DNA of 64,000 nt from an uncultured bacterium. Lineage in GTDB: Bacteria > Verrucomicrobiota > Verrucomicrobiia > Limisphaerales > UBA8199. The translations under genes and the position numbers were made by a program. The notes under the pieces are model-generated. The model ran no database searches, had not been told where the DNA came from, and saw nothing but the letters and a program-made list of their open reading frames with translations. How positions within the stretch are numbered: position 1 is the stretch's first letter; each line of letters opens with the position of its first letter. The stretch is taken from assembly GCA_963749495.1 (NCBI GenBank), contig CAVVMW010000015.1, forward strand, positions 160,001 through 224,000, in the 5' to 3' direction. Positions 44,977 to 55,733 of this stretch are shown piece after piece.

Positions 44977-47671
44977 ATGCTTAGCATCGCACAATTAGCC
45001 AGCGTCGGGAGACGGCCGCGCCCACATCCCGGTACGGCCCCTATTTGGCGGGGCACAGCAGTTCGCAGCGCAGGTTTCCAAACCTGCTGTGTTGCCGACT
45101 TCCAAGCCGGCAAGACGCCGCAAATGGCAGCGCCTGCGGGTTTGGAAACCCGCGATACAGTCCCGATTGGGCATCGGGACGCTGCGGGGCCGGCATCCGG
45201 AGGCGCCGGAGGGCCAGTGGCACTGATTCTGTTGCTTTGCCTCGGCTGTCTTTTCCTCGATGGTCTTGCTCCTCGGAGCAGCGCCCAGTGCTCTCCGGAC
45301 CCCCAGTGGAAACAGATCGGTCCATCTCCCCTTGCAGGAATTTCCGATGACCTCCAGGATGATTCGGGTCTGGTCCGGGATATCGCCATCGATCCGCGCG
45401 GCACGAGCGACCAAACCATCTACATCGCTACCGACAACGGCGGCATTTGGAAGACCACGGATGCAGGCGCTACCTGGGCGCCAAAGACTGACTTCATGCC
45501 CTCGCTGAACATGGGCGCCGTGGCCCTCGATCCGGGCAACCCGTCCATCGTCTATGCCGGAACCGGCAACTTCCAGACTGCCGGCTTTCAGAACGGCGTT
45601 GGCATTTATAAATCCAAGGACGGAGGAGACAACTGGACTGTCGCCCCTGGCAACTACTTTCTCACAAACTTTCCCGCCGGTGATTCCACGTGCATCAATC
45701 GCATCGTGCTCCCCGCCCCGGGGGTGCTGCTCGTCGCCACTATTACTCGAGAGCCCGGAAACTACATTTGGGGAGGGGTGTACAAATCGGTTGACGGAGG
45801 GGACCATGTCGGAAACAACGTGCCGAATTTCGATAATGGCAATCCGGTTCTAGCTGGGGCAATATGGCAAGTCGCCGTGGACACGGCGGACCCGTCGGTC
45901 GTGTACGCCTCCTCCACGGAAGTTGGCATTTACAAGTCCAGCGATCAAGGCACCACTTTCCCGGATAACCTGTTCAGCTCCGGCAACGGCGCCTTCAAGG
46001 CCAACGATGGCAGCACTACCACTGTCGGGTACATAGCCTTCGCGCAATCCACTCAGCCGGACAACCAGACGATCTACGCCAATGTGTCATTACGCTCCGG
46101 CGGCCCGCCGATGACGAACTCCGACGGGACAGTTCATCCCGGTTCGTCAGCCATGCTAAAATCCAGCAACCGGGGCGCAACCTGGACTTATGTCACTCTG
46201 AACGGTGACATAAGACCCAGTTACCAGGACGGGTACGACCTGACGATTGGAGTCGATCCACAGGACAAGAACCGCGTGTACCTCGGGATGCGGGCCTTGT
46301 TTATGGCGACGGACGGCGGCGCGGCCGGGTTGGGCAATGCGAATCGTATTGATCTCCACAAGGTCCACGCGGACCAACACGCCTTGGTGTTCAGCCCGCC
46401 GAGCCATCGCGCGGGACGCCCTACACGTTTCTACAACGGAACCGACGGCGGCATCGCTACCAACCCGGACGGAGGCGTCAATCATTGGACACTGCTCAAC
46501 GGCAGCACGAGTTGCACGGGGCCAAACACGGCCCTGGCCACCATCCTCTTTCGGCAGATTGACATCGGGCGTGGCAGCACATTGGCCAATGAATATACCT
46601 ACGGCGCATCCCAGGACAATGGGCAAAGTTTCCGTCAGCTCAACTGTCCGGGCACACCTTGGCACTACTCGGGTGGGGGAGACGGCAACACGGTGGCGGT
46701 AGATCCTCGCGATCCCACCCACGCGATTGGTGATGATGATGGAGGTTTCATGGAAGCAAAGGCTGGCGGGGAGTTCGGGTCCCCTGACAGCGGCCTTCCT
46801 GCGGCCGTGGCGCAGCTCTATTTCGATCCGAATGGAGGAACCGCGTACGCTCTTCTCGGCTGGGATTCGAACCACCCCAACCATCAAAATGAAATCTATC
46901 GGAGGGGGGCCAACGCAACGAGTTTCTCCCTGATGCACGCCTTCACGCCTGCCACTAGCGCGCTCACGACGATTAACATGGTTGCGCTGGATTCCAACAC
47001 CATCTGGGTGGGTCTGGACGATGGAAGGGTGTGGCACACCAGCGGCGCCAATCAGGGCACGGCGGCAGCTTGGAAAAGTTCTCTCGCGCCAGGCATGGCA
47101 GGCACGTCGGTCAGTGGAATTGCCATCGACCCCGCCAACACCGCTGGCGCCGTGGTTGTTTTCTCCTCGGGGCAAGCGTTCCAGACGACTGACAACGGGA
47201 CGACCTGGAAGGATATTTCCGCGAACCTGCCCGGCCTGCCAATCCATGCGGTGGTGATCGATCCCAATACGTCTCCCCACTCCATCATCGTCGCCACGGA
47301 CACGGGGGTGATGCGGACAGCGCACGTGGGTGACACCTGGGAGACACTCGGCTGGGGTCTTCCGACCGTTCAGTGCACCTCGCTGGCCATGGACTTCGAG
47401 CGCCACTCCTTCGCTTTTGCGCGTCGGGACTTACGGCCGCAGCGCCTTCGAACTGGCTTACGACCGGAAATACGTGAGTTGGTTGACCGGGCTCATTCAG
47501 ATTGGCACGCGCGAGTTTCCTTTCGGGGGACTCACGCCGGCCCTGAACGCTCCCGCGACCGGCGACTCGAGATACCTCATTCTCGAGACGGGGACTTATC
47601 GCCAATCCCCCATCACCATCACGCAATGCTGCACCCTGACCGCAGCCGGCGGCCCGGCCACCATCCAGTGA
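44977..47671 (+). CDS. Secreted BNR/Asp-box beta-propeller protein (sortilin/GH74-like); +1 frameshift at ~47395
   Basis: GGIWKTTDAGATW, YKSKDGGDNW, HADQHAL; continues in ORF 47330-47671 (LRVGTYGRSAF). Confidence 0.88.
45055..45160. repeat. REP-like element inside the 5' part of the 44977 ORF
   Basis: GCAGGTTTCCAAACCTGC and GCGGGTTTGGAAACCCGC hairpins in inverted orientation. Confidence 0.7.
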
Positions 47672-47698
47672 GTGTGGAGTTCGATCAGGTCGCGCAGA

Positions 47699-47765
47699 GG
47701 AGCGCGGACGCCTCGTCCGCGCGTCCCCGGCGGCAAGAGACACGCGGACGAGGCGTCCGCGCTCC
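47699..47765. repeat. 23-bp perfect inverted repeat (REP doublet)
   Basis: GGAGCGCGGACGCCTCGTCCGCG / CGCGGACGAGGCGTCCGCGCTCC. Confidence 0.9.
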
Positions 47766-47825
47766 TATGCCGCGGCGCTTTGCGCAGCGAGCTGAACAGT
47801 TGCGTTAAATCAACCCGAAATATTT

Positions 47826-49022
47826 ATGAAGACCTTGAAACCAAACATCCTTCTCACACTGGCTCTGTGGGCCCTTACGACCGCCACCCACGCGCAGAAT
47901 TATTCCATTGACTGGCATAAGATCGCCGGCGGCGGCGGCACGAGCACCGGCGGCGTCTATTCGGTCGCCGGCACCATCGGCCAGCCGGACGCCGGCGGTG
48001 CGATGGCCGGGGGCGGTCACTCTCTGACCGGCGGCTTCTGGAGCATGGTTGCCGCCGTGCCCACCGCCACACCCATCGTCACCTGGACCAATCCTGCGCC
48101 TTTCACTTACGGCGCCGCCCTGAGTGCCGTGCAATTGAACGCCACTGCCAGCGTGCCCGGGACCGAGGTGTACAGCCCGCCCGCGGGAACCGTGCTTGCC
48201 GCCGGAACCAATGCCCTTTCACTGGTGTTCTGGCCCGCCGATGCCACCGACTACAACAGCCTGACCACCAGCGTCACCCTGGTTGTCCTGCCGGCGCCGC
48301 TCACCGTCACGGCCAATGATGCCGCCCGGCCTTATGGCGCTGGCAACCCGCCCTTCACCGGCACGATTACCGCCATCCAAAACGGCGACGCTATCAGCGC
48401 GACTTACAGTTGCAGCGCCACCACCGCCGCTGCGCCGGGCACTTACCCAATCCTCCCGACCCTGGTCGGCCCGAAGAGCCTGCTAGCCAATTACCAGGTC
48501 ACGCTCGTCAACGGCACGTTGACCGTGACCCCGGGCGCCCCGCCGGCCATTGTCAGTGTTACGCCGTCCACCGGGCCAACCAATGGCGGCACCACGGTGA
48601 CCATTCTCGGCACCGGCTTCGAGAGCGGCGCCACCGTCAACTTTGGCGCCCTGCCCGCAGGCCCAGTGGTGGTCATCAACTCGACGAACCTTACGGCGGT
48701 CACGCCACCGTCGGTCCCGGGCGCGGTGCTCGTCGTGGTCACCAACGCCGACGGGCAGAGCACTACCTTGACCAACGGCTTCACCTACGTTGCTCCGTCA
48801 GGCGCGCCCCCGGTGTTCCGGGCGGTGACGCACACCGCTGGCACGGTCACTCTCGTCTGGAGCGCGACGGCAGGGCAAACGTATCAAGTGCAGTACAAGA
48901 CGAATTGGTTTCAACCGGATTGGGCCATTTTGGCCACCGTCACCGCCACCAATTCCACCGCGACCGTGTCCGATGCCCTGACTTCCGCCCAGCGTTTTTA
49001 TAGGGCTGTGTGGTTGCCATGA
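47826..49022 (+). CDS. Secreted MBG + IPT/TIG domain protein with C-terminal FYR domain
   Basis: YSIDWHKIAGGGG..TIGQPDAG, PLTVTANDAARPYG, PSTGPTNGGTTVTILGTGF; ends QRFYRAVWLP. Confidence 0.88.
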   Translation: MKTLKPNILLTLALWALTTATHAQNYSIDWHKIAGGGGTSTGGVYSVAGTIGQPDAGGAMAGGGHSLTGGFWSMVAAVPTATPIVTWTNPAPFTYGAALSAVQLNATASVPGTEVYSPPAGTVLAAGTNALSLVFWPADATDYNSLTTSVTLVVLPAPLTVTANDAARPYGAGNPPFTGTITAIQNGDAISATYSCSATTAAAPGTYPILPTLVGPKSLLANYQVTLVNGTLTVTPGAPPAIVSVTPSTGPTNGGTTVTILGTGFESGATVNFGALPAGPVVVINSTNLTAVTPPSVPGAVLVVVTNADGQSTTLTNGFTYVAPSGAPPVFRAVTHTAGTVTLVWSATAGQTYQVQYKTNWFQPDWAILATVTATNSTATVSDALTSAQRFYRAVWLP

Positions 49023-49058
49023 ACGGCACTCCCATGGCGGAGTCTTCGACCATAGCCC

Positions 49059-49904
49059 TCAACGAGGGTTGGAAAGAGGCGGCCTCTGATCCAGAGGCTT
49101 GTACCACATCCAGTCCCCGGTCGCCTCGTAGGGACAGTAGGGATTCGCGCAAAGCGCCTGCGTGAAATTGTGGACTTTGGCGTGGCCGTCCATAAACAGG
49201 ATCGGCGAGAAGAACAAACCGGGGGCCAGGCGCGGATCCAGGAAGCGGCTCAGGACGCGGCTGCGGTGCCACTGGTACCAATGCGGCGGAAAAAGCGGAG
49301 GCACGTGGTGGCAGACCTGCACCGCGGCGGGCGGTTCGTAAAACAGGATGAACCGCACCGGGTAGGGGACCCAGGCCGCGACCTGGCCCTCGATGCTCCC
49401 CGCCACGGGCAGGCGCGTGGAAGGGAGCGGTATTCCGTCGGGCGTGCCCATGTTCATCTCGTAGCTGAACCCGCGCGTCTCCCAGCAGGAGGGCAGCAAC
49501 GTTTGCTTAGGGTGGAGATGGCAGTCCTGGCTGATCTTCCCTTTGTCCACCGGGCAACGGAACACCTCGGAGGTCCTCAGATAGGGGAAGAGATTCCGGT
49601 CGCGCGCCCAGCCGTAATTGGTCACCAGGCACGGGGTCACAGGATCGCGCCCGCCCGAGACATAAGTCATCTTCCCCCCCGCATCATCCCAGAGCATCTT
49701 GGTCGATAACCCAATTTGGTGCAGGTTATTGAGGCACTGGACCTCCCGCGCCCGTTCTTTGCCGCGGACCAGCGAGGGAAGCAACATGCTGGCCAGGATC
49801 GAGATGATGGCCGTGACCACCAGCAATTCAATCAGCGTAAAGGCCCCGTCGCCCCCTCCATCGGCGCGTGGCGCCGCGCCCACTGGCCCGGAACCCGCCC
49901 CCAT
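49059..49904 (-). CDS. Prepilin-type N-terminal cleavage/methylation protein
   Basis: [46 protein letters not shown]; start uncertain. Confidence 0.85.
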   Translation of the reverse strand: MGAGSGPVGAAPRADGGGDGAFTLIELLVVTAIISILASMLLPSLVRGKERAREVQCLNNLHQIGLSTKMLWDDAGGKMTYVSGGRDPVTPCLVTNYGWARDRNLFPYLRTSEVFRCPVDKGKISQDCHLHPKQTLLPSCWETRGFSYEMNMGTPDGIPLPSTRLPVAGSIEGQVAAWVPYPVRFILFYEPPAAVQVCHHVPPLFPPHWYQWHRSRVLSRFLDPRLAPGLFFSPILFMDGHAKVHNFTQALCANPYCPYEATGDWMWYKPLDQRPPLSNPR

Positions 49905-50063
49905 ACTGCCGCCGGCCCGACCCTCCCGGAGGCGCCGACCCTCCGGCGCGCCGCGGCACGGATTGCTCCCACCGCAAGGTTGAGCCTTCCCCTCGCCAGG
50001 CGCCAGTGCAAAAACAGGTACCGGGATTGAGGCGCAATTCCAGCATTCTGGAGCTGGCGACAC

Positions 50064-50162
50064 GAAAGCGGCGGGATGCGCCGCACTCCAAACGCTTCGC
50101 TAGGAAGGGAGGCGCGGCCGACATCACCAAGCGTCTGGAGTGCGCGGCATTCCCGCGCTCTG
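50064..50162. repeat. REP-like doublet related to 1635-1734
   Basis: CGCACTCCAAACGCTT ... AAGCGTCTGGAGTGCG. Confidence 0.7.
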
Positions 50163-50303
50163 GCTCAGCCTCCGGAGAAGAAAACCGGAATTAATTGTTG
50201 CACGGACCCTAGGGGGCGGCCCCGGCGGCTTCTGAGGCGTAGCCTCGGCGGCTATCGCCCCAGAGTCCTTGAATTTCAAAACGTGATGCAGACAGGTCAC
50301 TTT

Positions 50304-50355
50304 TGTGGCACGGGCATCCTGCCCGGGGGCCCTTGGGCAAGATGCCCAAACCACA
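50304..50355. repeat. REP-like palindrome
   Basis: TGTGGCACGGGCATCCTGCCC ... GGGCAAGATGCCCAAACCACA. Confidence 0.6.
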
Positions 50356-50662
50356 GTCTGAGGCCCTGCCTCGCCAGGCAAATCTCCAACTACTATGATA
50401 GACGTTCTCATTCGATCTCGCTGCTGTCGTCCGCGCGCTCACTGCGGCCCGTGCGACTTTGCGCCGTCGGTGAACCTCTTACCTCATTTGCCCGGACCTT
50501 GTCTGTCAGGAACTGCGCATCATGGACTATCGTGCATGCAGCCTCGAGTTTCGTGGTTTTCCTCCCGCGGGCGATTTGCTATCTTGACCACAACGGCTCT
50601 CAATTCAACCCGAACTCTGATCGCCATGCCGGGCAAACCTGACACCGGAGTATGAGAAAGCT

Positions 50663-50950
50663 ATGAGCCACGAAGTTCTGAATCGTATTCGCGCGCGGCT
50701 GGCCGAAGCCGGCGTGAGTTACCGGGAAATCGAGCACGCGCCGACCCGCACGTCGGAGGAATCGGCGCGGGCGCGCGGCGAACCGCTGTCGGCGGGCGCG
50801 AAGGCGTTGTTGCTGCGGGTGGGGGACACGTTCCGGCTGTTCGTGCTGCCGGCACATCGCAAGCTGGATTCCGCCGCCGTCAAACGATATTTCGGCACGA
50901 AGTCGCTCCGTTTTGCGACCTCGGAAGAGCTGCTGGCGTTGACCGGCCTG
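50663..50950 (+). pseudogene. YbaK/ProX-type aminoacyl-tRNA editing protein, truncated
   Basis: EHAPTRTSEESA..AKALLL..LRFATSEELLALTGL, then breaks before the expected GxVPPFG motif. Confidence 0.8.
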
Positions 50951-50998
50951 GGGAAGTGGGAAATCGGGGTCACAGGGAAGTGGGAAATCGGGGTCACA
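50951..50998. repeat. 24-bp tandem duplication containing GGGGTCA
   Basis: (GGGAAGTGGGAAATCGGGGTCACA)x2 exactly at the YbaK breakpoint. Confidence 0.9.
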
Positions 50999-51264
50999 TC
51001 TATACTTTCTTACAATGAGAGTCCGGCTCACCAAATATTCCCCATGGACATCCGAGGGACGGGTGCCGGGCGGCGCTTTCTTGATTGACCTTGCGCAGCG
51101 GAGGCGGTTTCACCCGCGCAGCTTCAAAAACCGGCGGCGCGGCAAAAACCACGTTCCTTGCAGTTCAGTCTCGGGGCGGGTGGTTGGGGTGCGGTGCGTG
51201 ATAGCGGTCGAGCATGGGGCAGAATCCGGACTCATCCGCAGCGGCAGAACGAGATGCGTCGGGT

Positions 51265-51478
51265 GCGTCGCGTAGCAACGCGGTGAAGGTAGCCGTGGAC
51301 CTGGGTCCACGGTTCGGGGCGTCGGAAGAAGCTCGCGTCGCGTAGCGACGCCTGACGGTTTGGCGCTGGCAGATCGGCTTCCGTCTTCAGGCGTCGCTAC
51401 GCGACGCGGACGAGCTTGGGCCATGGGTCCGTGGACTGGAAGTCCACGGCTACCATCGGCAACCGCTACGCGGTGATG
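51265..51478. repeat. ~210-bp nested-palindrome REP/MITE element, copy 2 (inverted)
   Basis: Reverse complement of 51421-51476 matches 24740-24795 closely (TCACCGCGTAGCGGT..TAGCCGTGGACTTCCAGTCCACGG). Confidence 0.85.
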
Positions 51479-51583
51479 AAAGGCGACGAAGTGGAAATCC
51501 GCAAGCGAAAGCACGAAACCCGGAACTGGCAGAAAGATGCTCTGGCAGAAAAATGGTTTGTTCCCATTTTTTGCCATTTCATC

Positions 51584-51817
51584 TCACCCGCGCAGCGTCA
51601 ATACCCGGCGGCGCAGCAAAAACCAAATTCCTTTCAGTTCGTATTCGTCGAACGGGTTGCGCACTCGGCCGTCATACCGGTCGCGGCAGGCGCGCACGAT
51701 GTCGAGCCCCTCCGGCACGCGGCCCAGCCGCATCAGGTGCGAGGTCGCTGCGCCGGCCATGGCCAGGGCCGCCGCCAGCAGGGCGGCAAAATAAATAGGC
51801 TTCTCGGTCGGCTTCAT
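51584..51817 (-). pseudogene. Signal peptide fused to a GH116 catalytic-domain fragment
   Basis: MKPTEKPIYFAALLAAALAMAGAA|TSHLMRLGRVPEGLDIVRACRDRYDGRVRNPFDEYE. Confidence 0.7.
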
Positions 51818-51983
51818 GCCCGCCATTCTGCCGCACCACCCCTCCGCGTCAAGGCGAGCCGGATTCCTGGGTTCCGGACGGGCGCAATTCGTGGTTGTGC
51901 TCCCGCGCGGGCTCGGACATAACTTCCCCCACGTTGCCGAAGGTCTGTTTGCCATCTGTCAACGGCATCGAAGCGTTAATGAC

Positions 51984-52702
51984 ATGAGAACTAACAAGGA
52001 ACCCATTGCCGCGCCGTGCTCACGGCGGAGCTTCCTCCGCAGCACGGGCCTGCTGGCCGCCGGCGCCGCCCTCGGCGGGCCGGCGGTCGTCCCCGATACC
52101 GTTTTTGGCGCAAACGCGCCAGGCAACCGCATCACCATGGCCTTCATCGGCGTGGGCCGGCAGACCTTCGGCTCGAACATCCCGGAGTTCATGGCCGTGC
52201 CCGGCGTTCAGGTCGTGGCGGTTTGCGACGTGGACGCGTGGCGGTTGGGCGAGGCGAAAAAGCTCGTCGAAACCTCCTACGCCAAACAAGCGCCGAGCGG
52301 GAACTATGCCGGCTGCGCCGCCTACAGGGATTTCCTTATGATGCCTGGCTCGGACCAGCGCCCAAAGCGCCCGACACGCTCAACCGGGTCCACCCGCGTC
52401 ACGACCTCAAGGGCCGGCCTGGCTGGATGCGGCGGCGGGAGTACTGCGAGGGCCTGATCACCAACTGGGGAACCGGAGTCATCACCCGCCTGGAGGACAA
52501 CGCCTCGGGCATCGTCCTGGAGCCGCCGCGAGCATTGGCCGAGAGTTTCAGGCTCGTCCTGCTCAAGCCCGATAAAACCCAAGCCACCATCATGGGCAAG
52601 GACCAAAAGCCCTCGCGATTCGAGCGCAACGAAGGCTGGCTATCACTGCACTGGGACGGTCCCCTCCGCGACACCGCCCGGGTGGAACAGCCATCCGATT
52701 GA
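51984..52702 (+). pseudogene. Tat-signal Gfo/Idh/MocA gene with internal deletion, fused to an unrelated fragment
   Basis: SRRSFL..AFIGVG..VCDVD..YRDF jumps to YDAWLGPAP..ITNWG, then to unrelated TGVITRLEDNASG. Confidence 0.8.
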
Positions 52703-52941
52703 CATGGCCGGGCTAGTTCTGGCTGCCCGCCGGGCTTGCCCTCGCGCCAAGGGGTTCACGCGGGCTGGCGGCAAATCACACGTGAAGGTCTGTCTCCAAT
52801 TGGAGACGTTTTGCCGGACCTCCCGCCGGCCCAGGCCCGCGCCCGAGCCTCCATCGAATTGCTGAGGAAGGCGCCGACGACGCCCTGAGCGGCCTAAACG
52901 GTCACTTGCCTTGCGGCTTCGTAGAGTGCTAAATATCGCGC

Positions 52942-54093
52942 ATGCAAATGAACAAGCGCGAGTTTCTAGTCGGGACCACTTTTCTCGGGATGGCCAGCTT
53001 GGCCGGGGCAACCTCCGCACGGGCAGCCGAAGGGAGTGGGGCGCGAACTGCTTCCGTTTTCAACGTGGCGGACTTCGGCGCAAAAGGCGACGGCAAGACC
53101 CCGGATTCGGAAGCCATCCAAAAGGCGCTGGATGCGGCAGGGGCCGTGGGCGGCACGGTCTATTTGCCGGCCGGACGCTATCCCTGCCACGACCTGAAAG
53201 TCCACCCGCACACGACCGTGTTGGCTGAGCCCCAGTGGGGATACCGCGGGGACGCAGGCGCCATGCTGCTCCTGGATTCCGATGAGGCGGATTGCCTGCT
53301 CAATATCACCGGTGCCTTCGGCGTTCACCTCCACGGCCTTTTCCTGCAGGGACGGCGGGAGGCCAAGAAAGCCATTCACGGCGTCTTCTTGAACAATGCT
53401 CAGAAGTATAGTCCGCAGGAGGACGCCATCGTCATCGACGACTGCAAGATCGAGAGGTTCTCAGGACACGGAGTGCATCTCCTGCGCATTTGGCTTTTCA
53501 TCATCCGGCACAGCATCTTTCAGGGAAACAAAGGGTGTGGGGTCCAGATCACCGGCTGGGACGGCTTTGTGACGGACAACCAGTTTTCCGGCAACGGGAG
53601 CCACGGGTTCGCGTGCGAATCGGTCGGGGCGACCGTCATGTTCACGGCCAACCGCGTTGAATGGAACAAAGGCTACGGCCTCTACCTGTTCGCGGGCGAT
53701 GCGTGGAATGTCACCGGGAACTGTTTCGACCGGAACTGGGGTGCGGGCCTCTGCGCCATGAAAATGCGCACCGCCACCATCACCGGGAACGTCTTCAGGC
53801 GCTGCGGCAAAGACAGCCGCCTGCTGCCCGAAGGGGAGCGTTCCTGTCAGGTGCGGTTGGAGGAATGCAGCGGACTGACCTTCGTCTCCAATGTGTGCGC
53901 GGCGGGCCGCGACAACGGCGGCAAGGGCGATTACACCCCTCATTTCGGATTCGTCGTCCGCAAACTCAGCCACTCCGTCATTTCCGCCAACACCCTGTTC
54001 AGAGGCTATATGAAAGAGATGGCTGCCGACCTTGGCGAACACGGCCCGGAGTACCTGTTCGTCAATAATGTGGGCTGCCCGATGACCGCTTGA
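52942..54093 (+). CDS. Tat-exported pectate-lyase-3/GH28-like beta-helix protein
   Basis: NKREFL signal, FNVADFGAKGDGKTPDSEAIQKALDA, VTGNCFDRN repeats. Confidence 0.9.
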   Translation: MQMNKREFLVGTTFLGMASLAGATSARAAEGSGARTASVFNVADFGAKGDGKTPDSEAIQKALDAAGAVGGTVYLPAGRYPCHDLKVHPHTTVLAEPQWGYRGDAGAMLLLDSDEADCLLNITGAFGVHLHGLFLQGRREAKKAIHGVFLNNAQKYSPQEDAIVIDDCKIERFSGHGVHLLRIWLFIIRHSIFQGNKGCGVQITGWDGFVTDNQFSGNGSHGFACESVGATVMFTANRVEWNKGYGLYLFAGDAWNVTGNCFDRNWGAGLCAMKMRTATITGNVFRRCGKDSRLLPEGERSCQVRLEECSGLTFVSNVCAAGRDNGGKGDYTPHFGFVVRKLSHSVISANTLFRGYMKEMAADLGEHGPEYLFVNNVGCPMTA

Positions 54094-54130
54094 CCAGTTC
54101 CATGATTATTGCAGACAAACAGAGGAGGAA

Positions 54131-55438
54131 ATGATGAGCCGATATGCCAGTCGTCGTGAGTTTCTCAAAGGTTCCGCTTTGGCCGGAGCGGGCTTCTTCG
54201 CAGCCGGCAGAAGCGCCTTGGCCCAGACGCGCTCGCCCAACGAAAAACTGAACATCGGCATCATCGGGGTGCACAGCCGCGGGGCAGCCAACATGGCCGC
54301 GGTGACAAGCGAAAACATCGTCGCGCTCTGCGACGTGAACGAGACCTTTCTGGCCGAGGCCTCCAAGAAGTATCCGCAGGCCAAGACCTACCTCGACTGG
54401 CGCAAGATGCTCGACCAAAAAGACATGGATGCGGTCATCGTCAGCACAACCGAGCACACCCATGCCCTGGCCAGCGTCGGGGCCATGAAACGCGGCAAGC
54501 ACGTGTATTGCGAGAAGCCGCTGGCCCACAGCGTGTATGAAGCCCGTGTGATGCGAGAGATCTGCAAGCAAGCCAAAGTAGCTACCCAGATGGGCACGCA
54601 GATTCACGCCAGCGAGAACTACCGCCGCGTGGTCGAGCTGATTCAATCGGGCGCAATCGGGCCGGTGCGCGAAGCGCACGCCTGGGTCGAGCAGGGCATT
54701 GTGGGCCCGCGCAGCCGGCCAGCGGAAGCAGAGCCGGTTCCAAAAGAGCTGAACTGGGACCTCTGGCTGGGCCCGGCGCCGGAGCGGCCGTATCATTCGT
54801 GCTACCTCAAAGACCGGTCGATGTCGTGGCAGAATTGGTGGGATTTCGGCAACGGAGCTTTGGGGGATATGGGGAGCCATATCATTGATCTGCCGTTCTG
54901 GGCGCTGGAGTTGAAATACCCGGCGACGGTCGAGGCCGAGGGTCCCTTGCCGGTGCGTGCGGAGACGTATCCCGATTGTCTGACGGTGCGATGGGAACAC
55001 CCGGCCCGTGGCAGCCGACCGCCGGTCAAGCTCACGTGGTATGACGGCAAGCAGTGGCCCAAGTCGCCGGAGGGTGTTGATTTGAAGAAATGGCATTTGG
55101 GCGTCATGTTCATCGGCGACGCAGGAATCCTGGTTGCCGACTACGGCAAATGGATCTTGTTGCCCGAGGCCAAGTTCAAGGACTTCAAGCTGCCGGGGCC
55201 TTCGATTGCGAAGTCGCTTGGCCACCATGAGGAGTGGCTCCATGCGTGCAAGACTGGCGCGCCGACGCTCTGCAACTTCGATTACTCAGGCACGCTGGTT
55301 GAGCACAACTTGCTGGGCACGGTTGCCTTCCGCACCGGCAAGAAGCTGGAGTGGGATGCCGAGACCCTGAAGGCCCGCAATTGCCCCGAGGCCGATCGGT
55401 TTATCCGGCCGTCTTACCGGGAAGGCTGGATGCTATAG
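54131..55438 (+). CDS. Tat-exported Gfo/Idh/MocA oxidoreductase
   Basis: GAGGAGG RBS; SRREFLK; HVYCEKPL; WDLWLGPAP; GDMGSH. Confidence 0.95.
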   Translation: MMSRYASRREFLKGSALAGAGFFAAGRSALAQTRSPNEKLNIGIIGVHSRGAANMAAVTSENIVALCDVNETFLAEASKKYPQAKTYLDWRKMLDQKDMDAVIVSTTEHTHALASVGAMKRGKHVYCEKPLAHSVYEARVMREICKQAKVATQMGTQIHASENYRRVVELIQSGAIGPVREAHAWVEQGIVGPRSRPAEAEPVPKELNWDLWLGPAPERPYHSCYLKDRSMSWQNWWDFGNGALGDMGSHIIDLPFWALELKYPATVEAEGPLPVRAETYPDCLTVRWEHPARGSRPPVKLTWYDGKQWPKSPEGVDLKKWHLGVMFIGDAGILVADYGKWILLPEAKFKDFKLPGPSIAKSLGHHEEWLHACKTGAPTLCNFDYSGTLVEHNLLGTVAFRTGKKLEWDAETLKARNCPEADRFIRPSYREGWML

Positions 55439-55439
55439 G

Positions 55440-55725
55440 TTTCAAAGGGGTCGTAATTGAAGCCGAAGCGCTCGTCGGGGATGGTCTCCATCCGGCAATC
55501 AAACGTGTCCAGACCCTGAAGGTTGGTCTCAAACCAGTTCTCGATGGCCACGTTGAGCCCTTTCTCCTTGGCATGGTCGAGTATGGGGCGAAAGAGTCCG
55601 GGAATCACTTTCTTGATCGTGTCAATCTTGCTCATCCCTTGAACGGGTGTCCCAAGGTTCATGCAGACCTTCGGCACGCCCGGCAGGACAGCGGCGTCAA
55701 CCGTCTTGATCATGGCCTGTTGCAT
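55440..55725 (-). pseudogene. Fragment of a sugar phosphate isomerase/epimerase (TIM barrel)
   Basis: HAKEKGLNVAIENW..FGFNYDP, truncated at both ends. Confidence 0.65.
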
Positions 55726-55733
55726 CCATCTGT

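Noticed and set aside
50951..50998. Possible mini-CRISPR (also 60173-60218)
   Set aside because: Two adjacent copies with no spacer and no cas genes.
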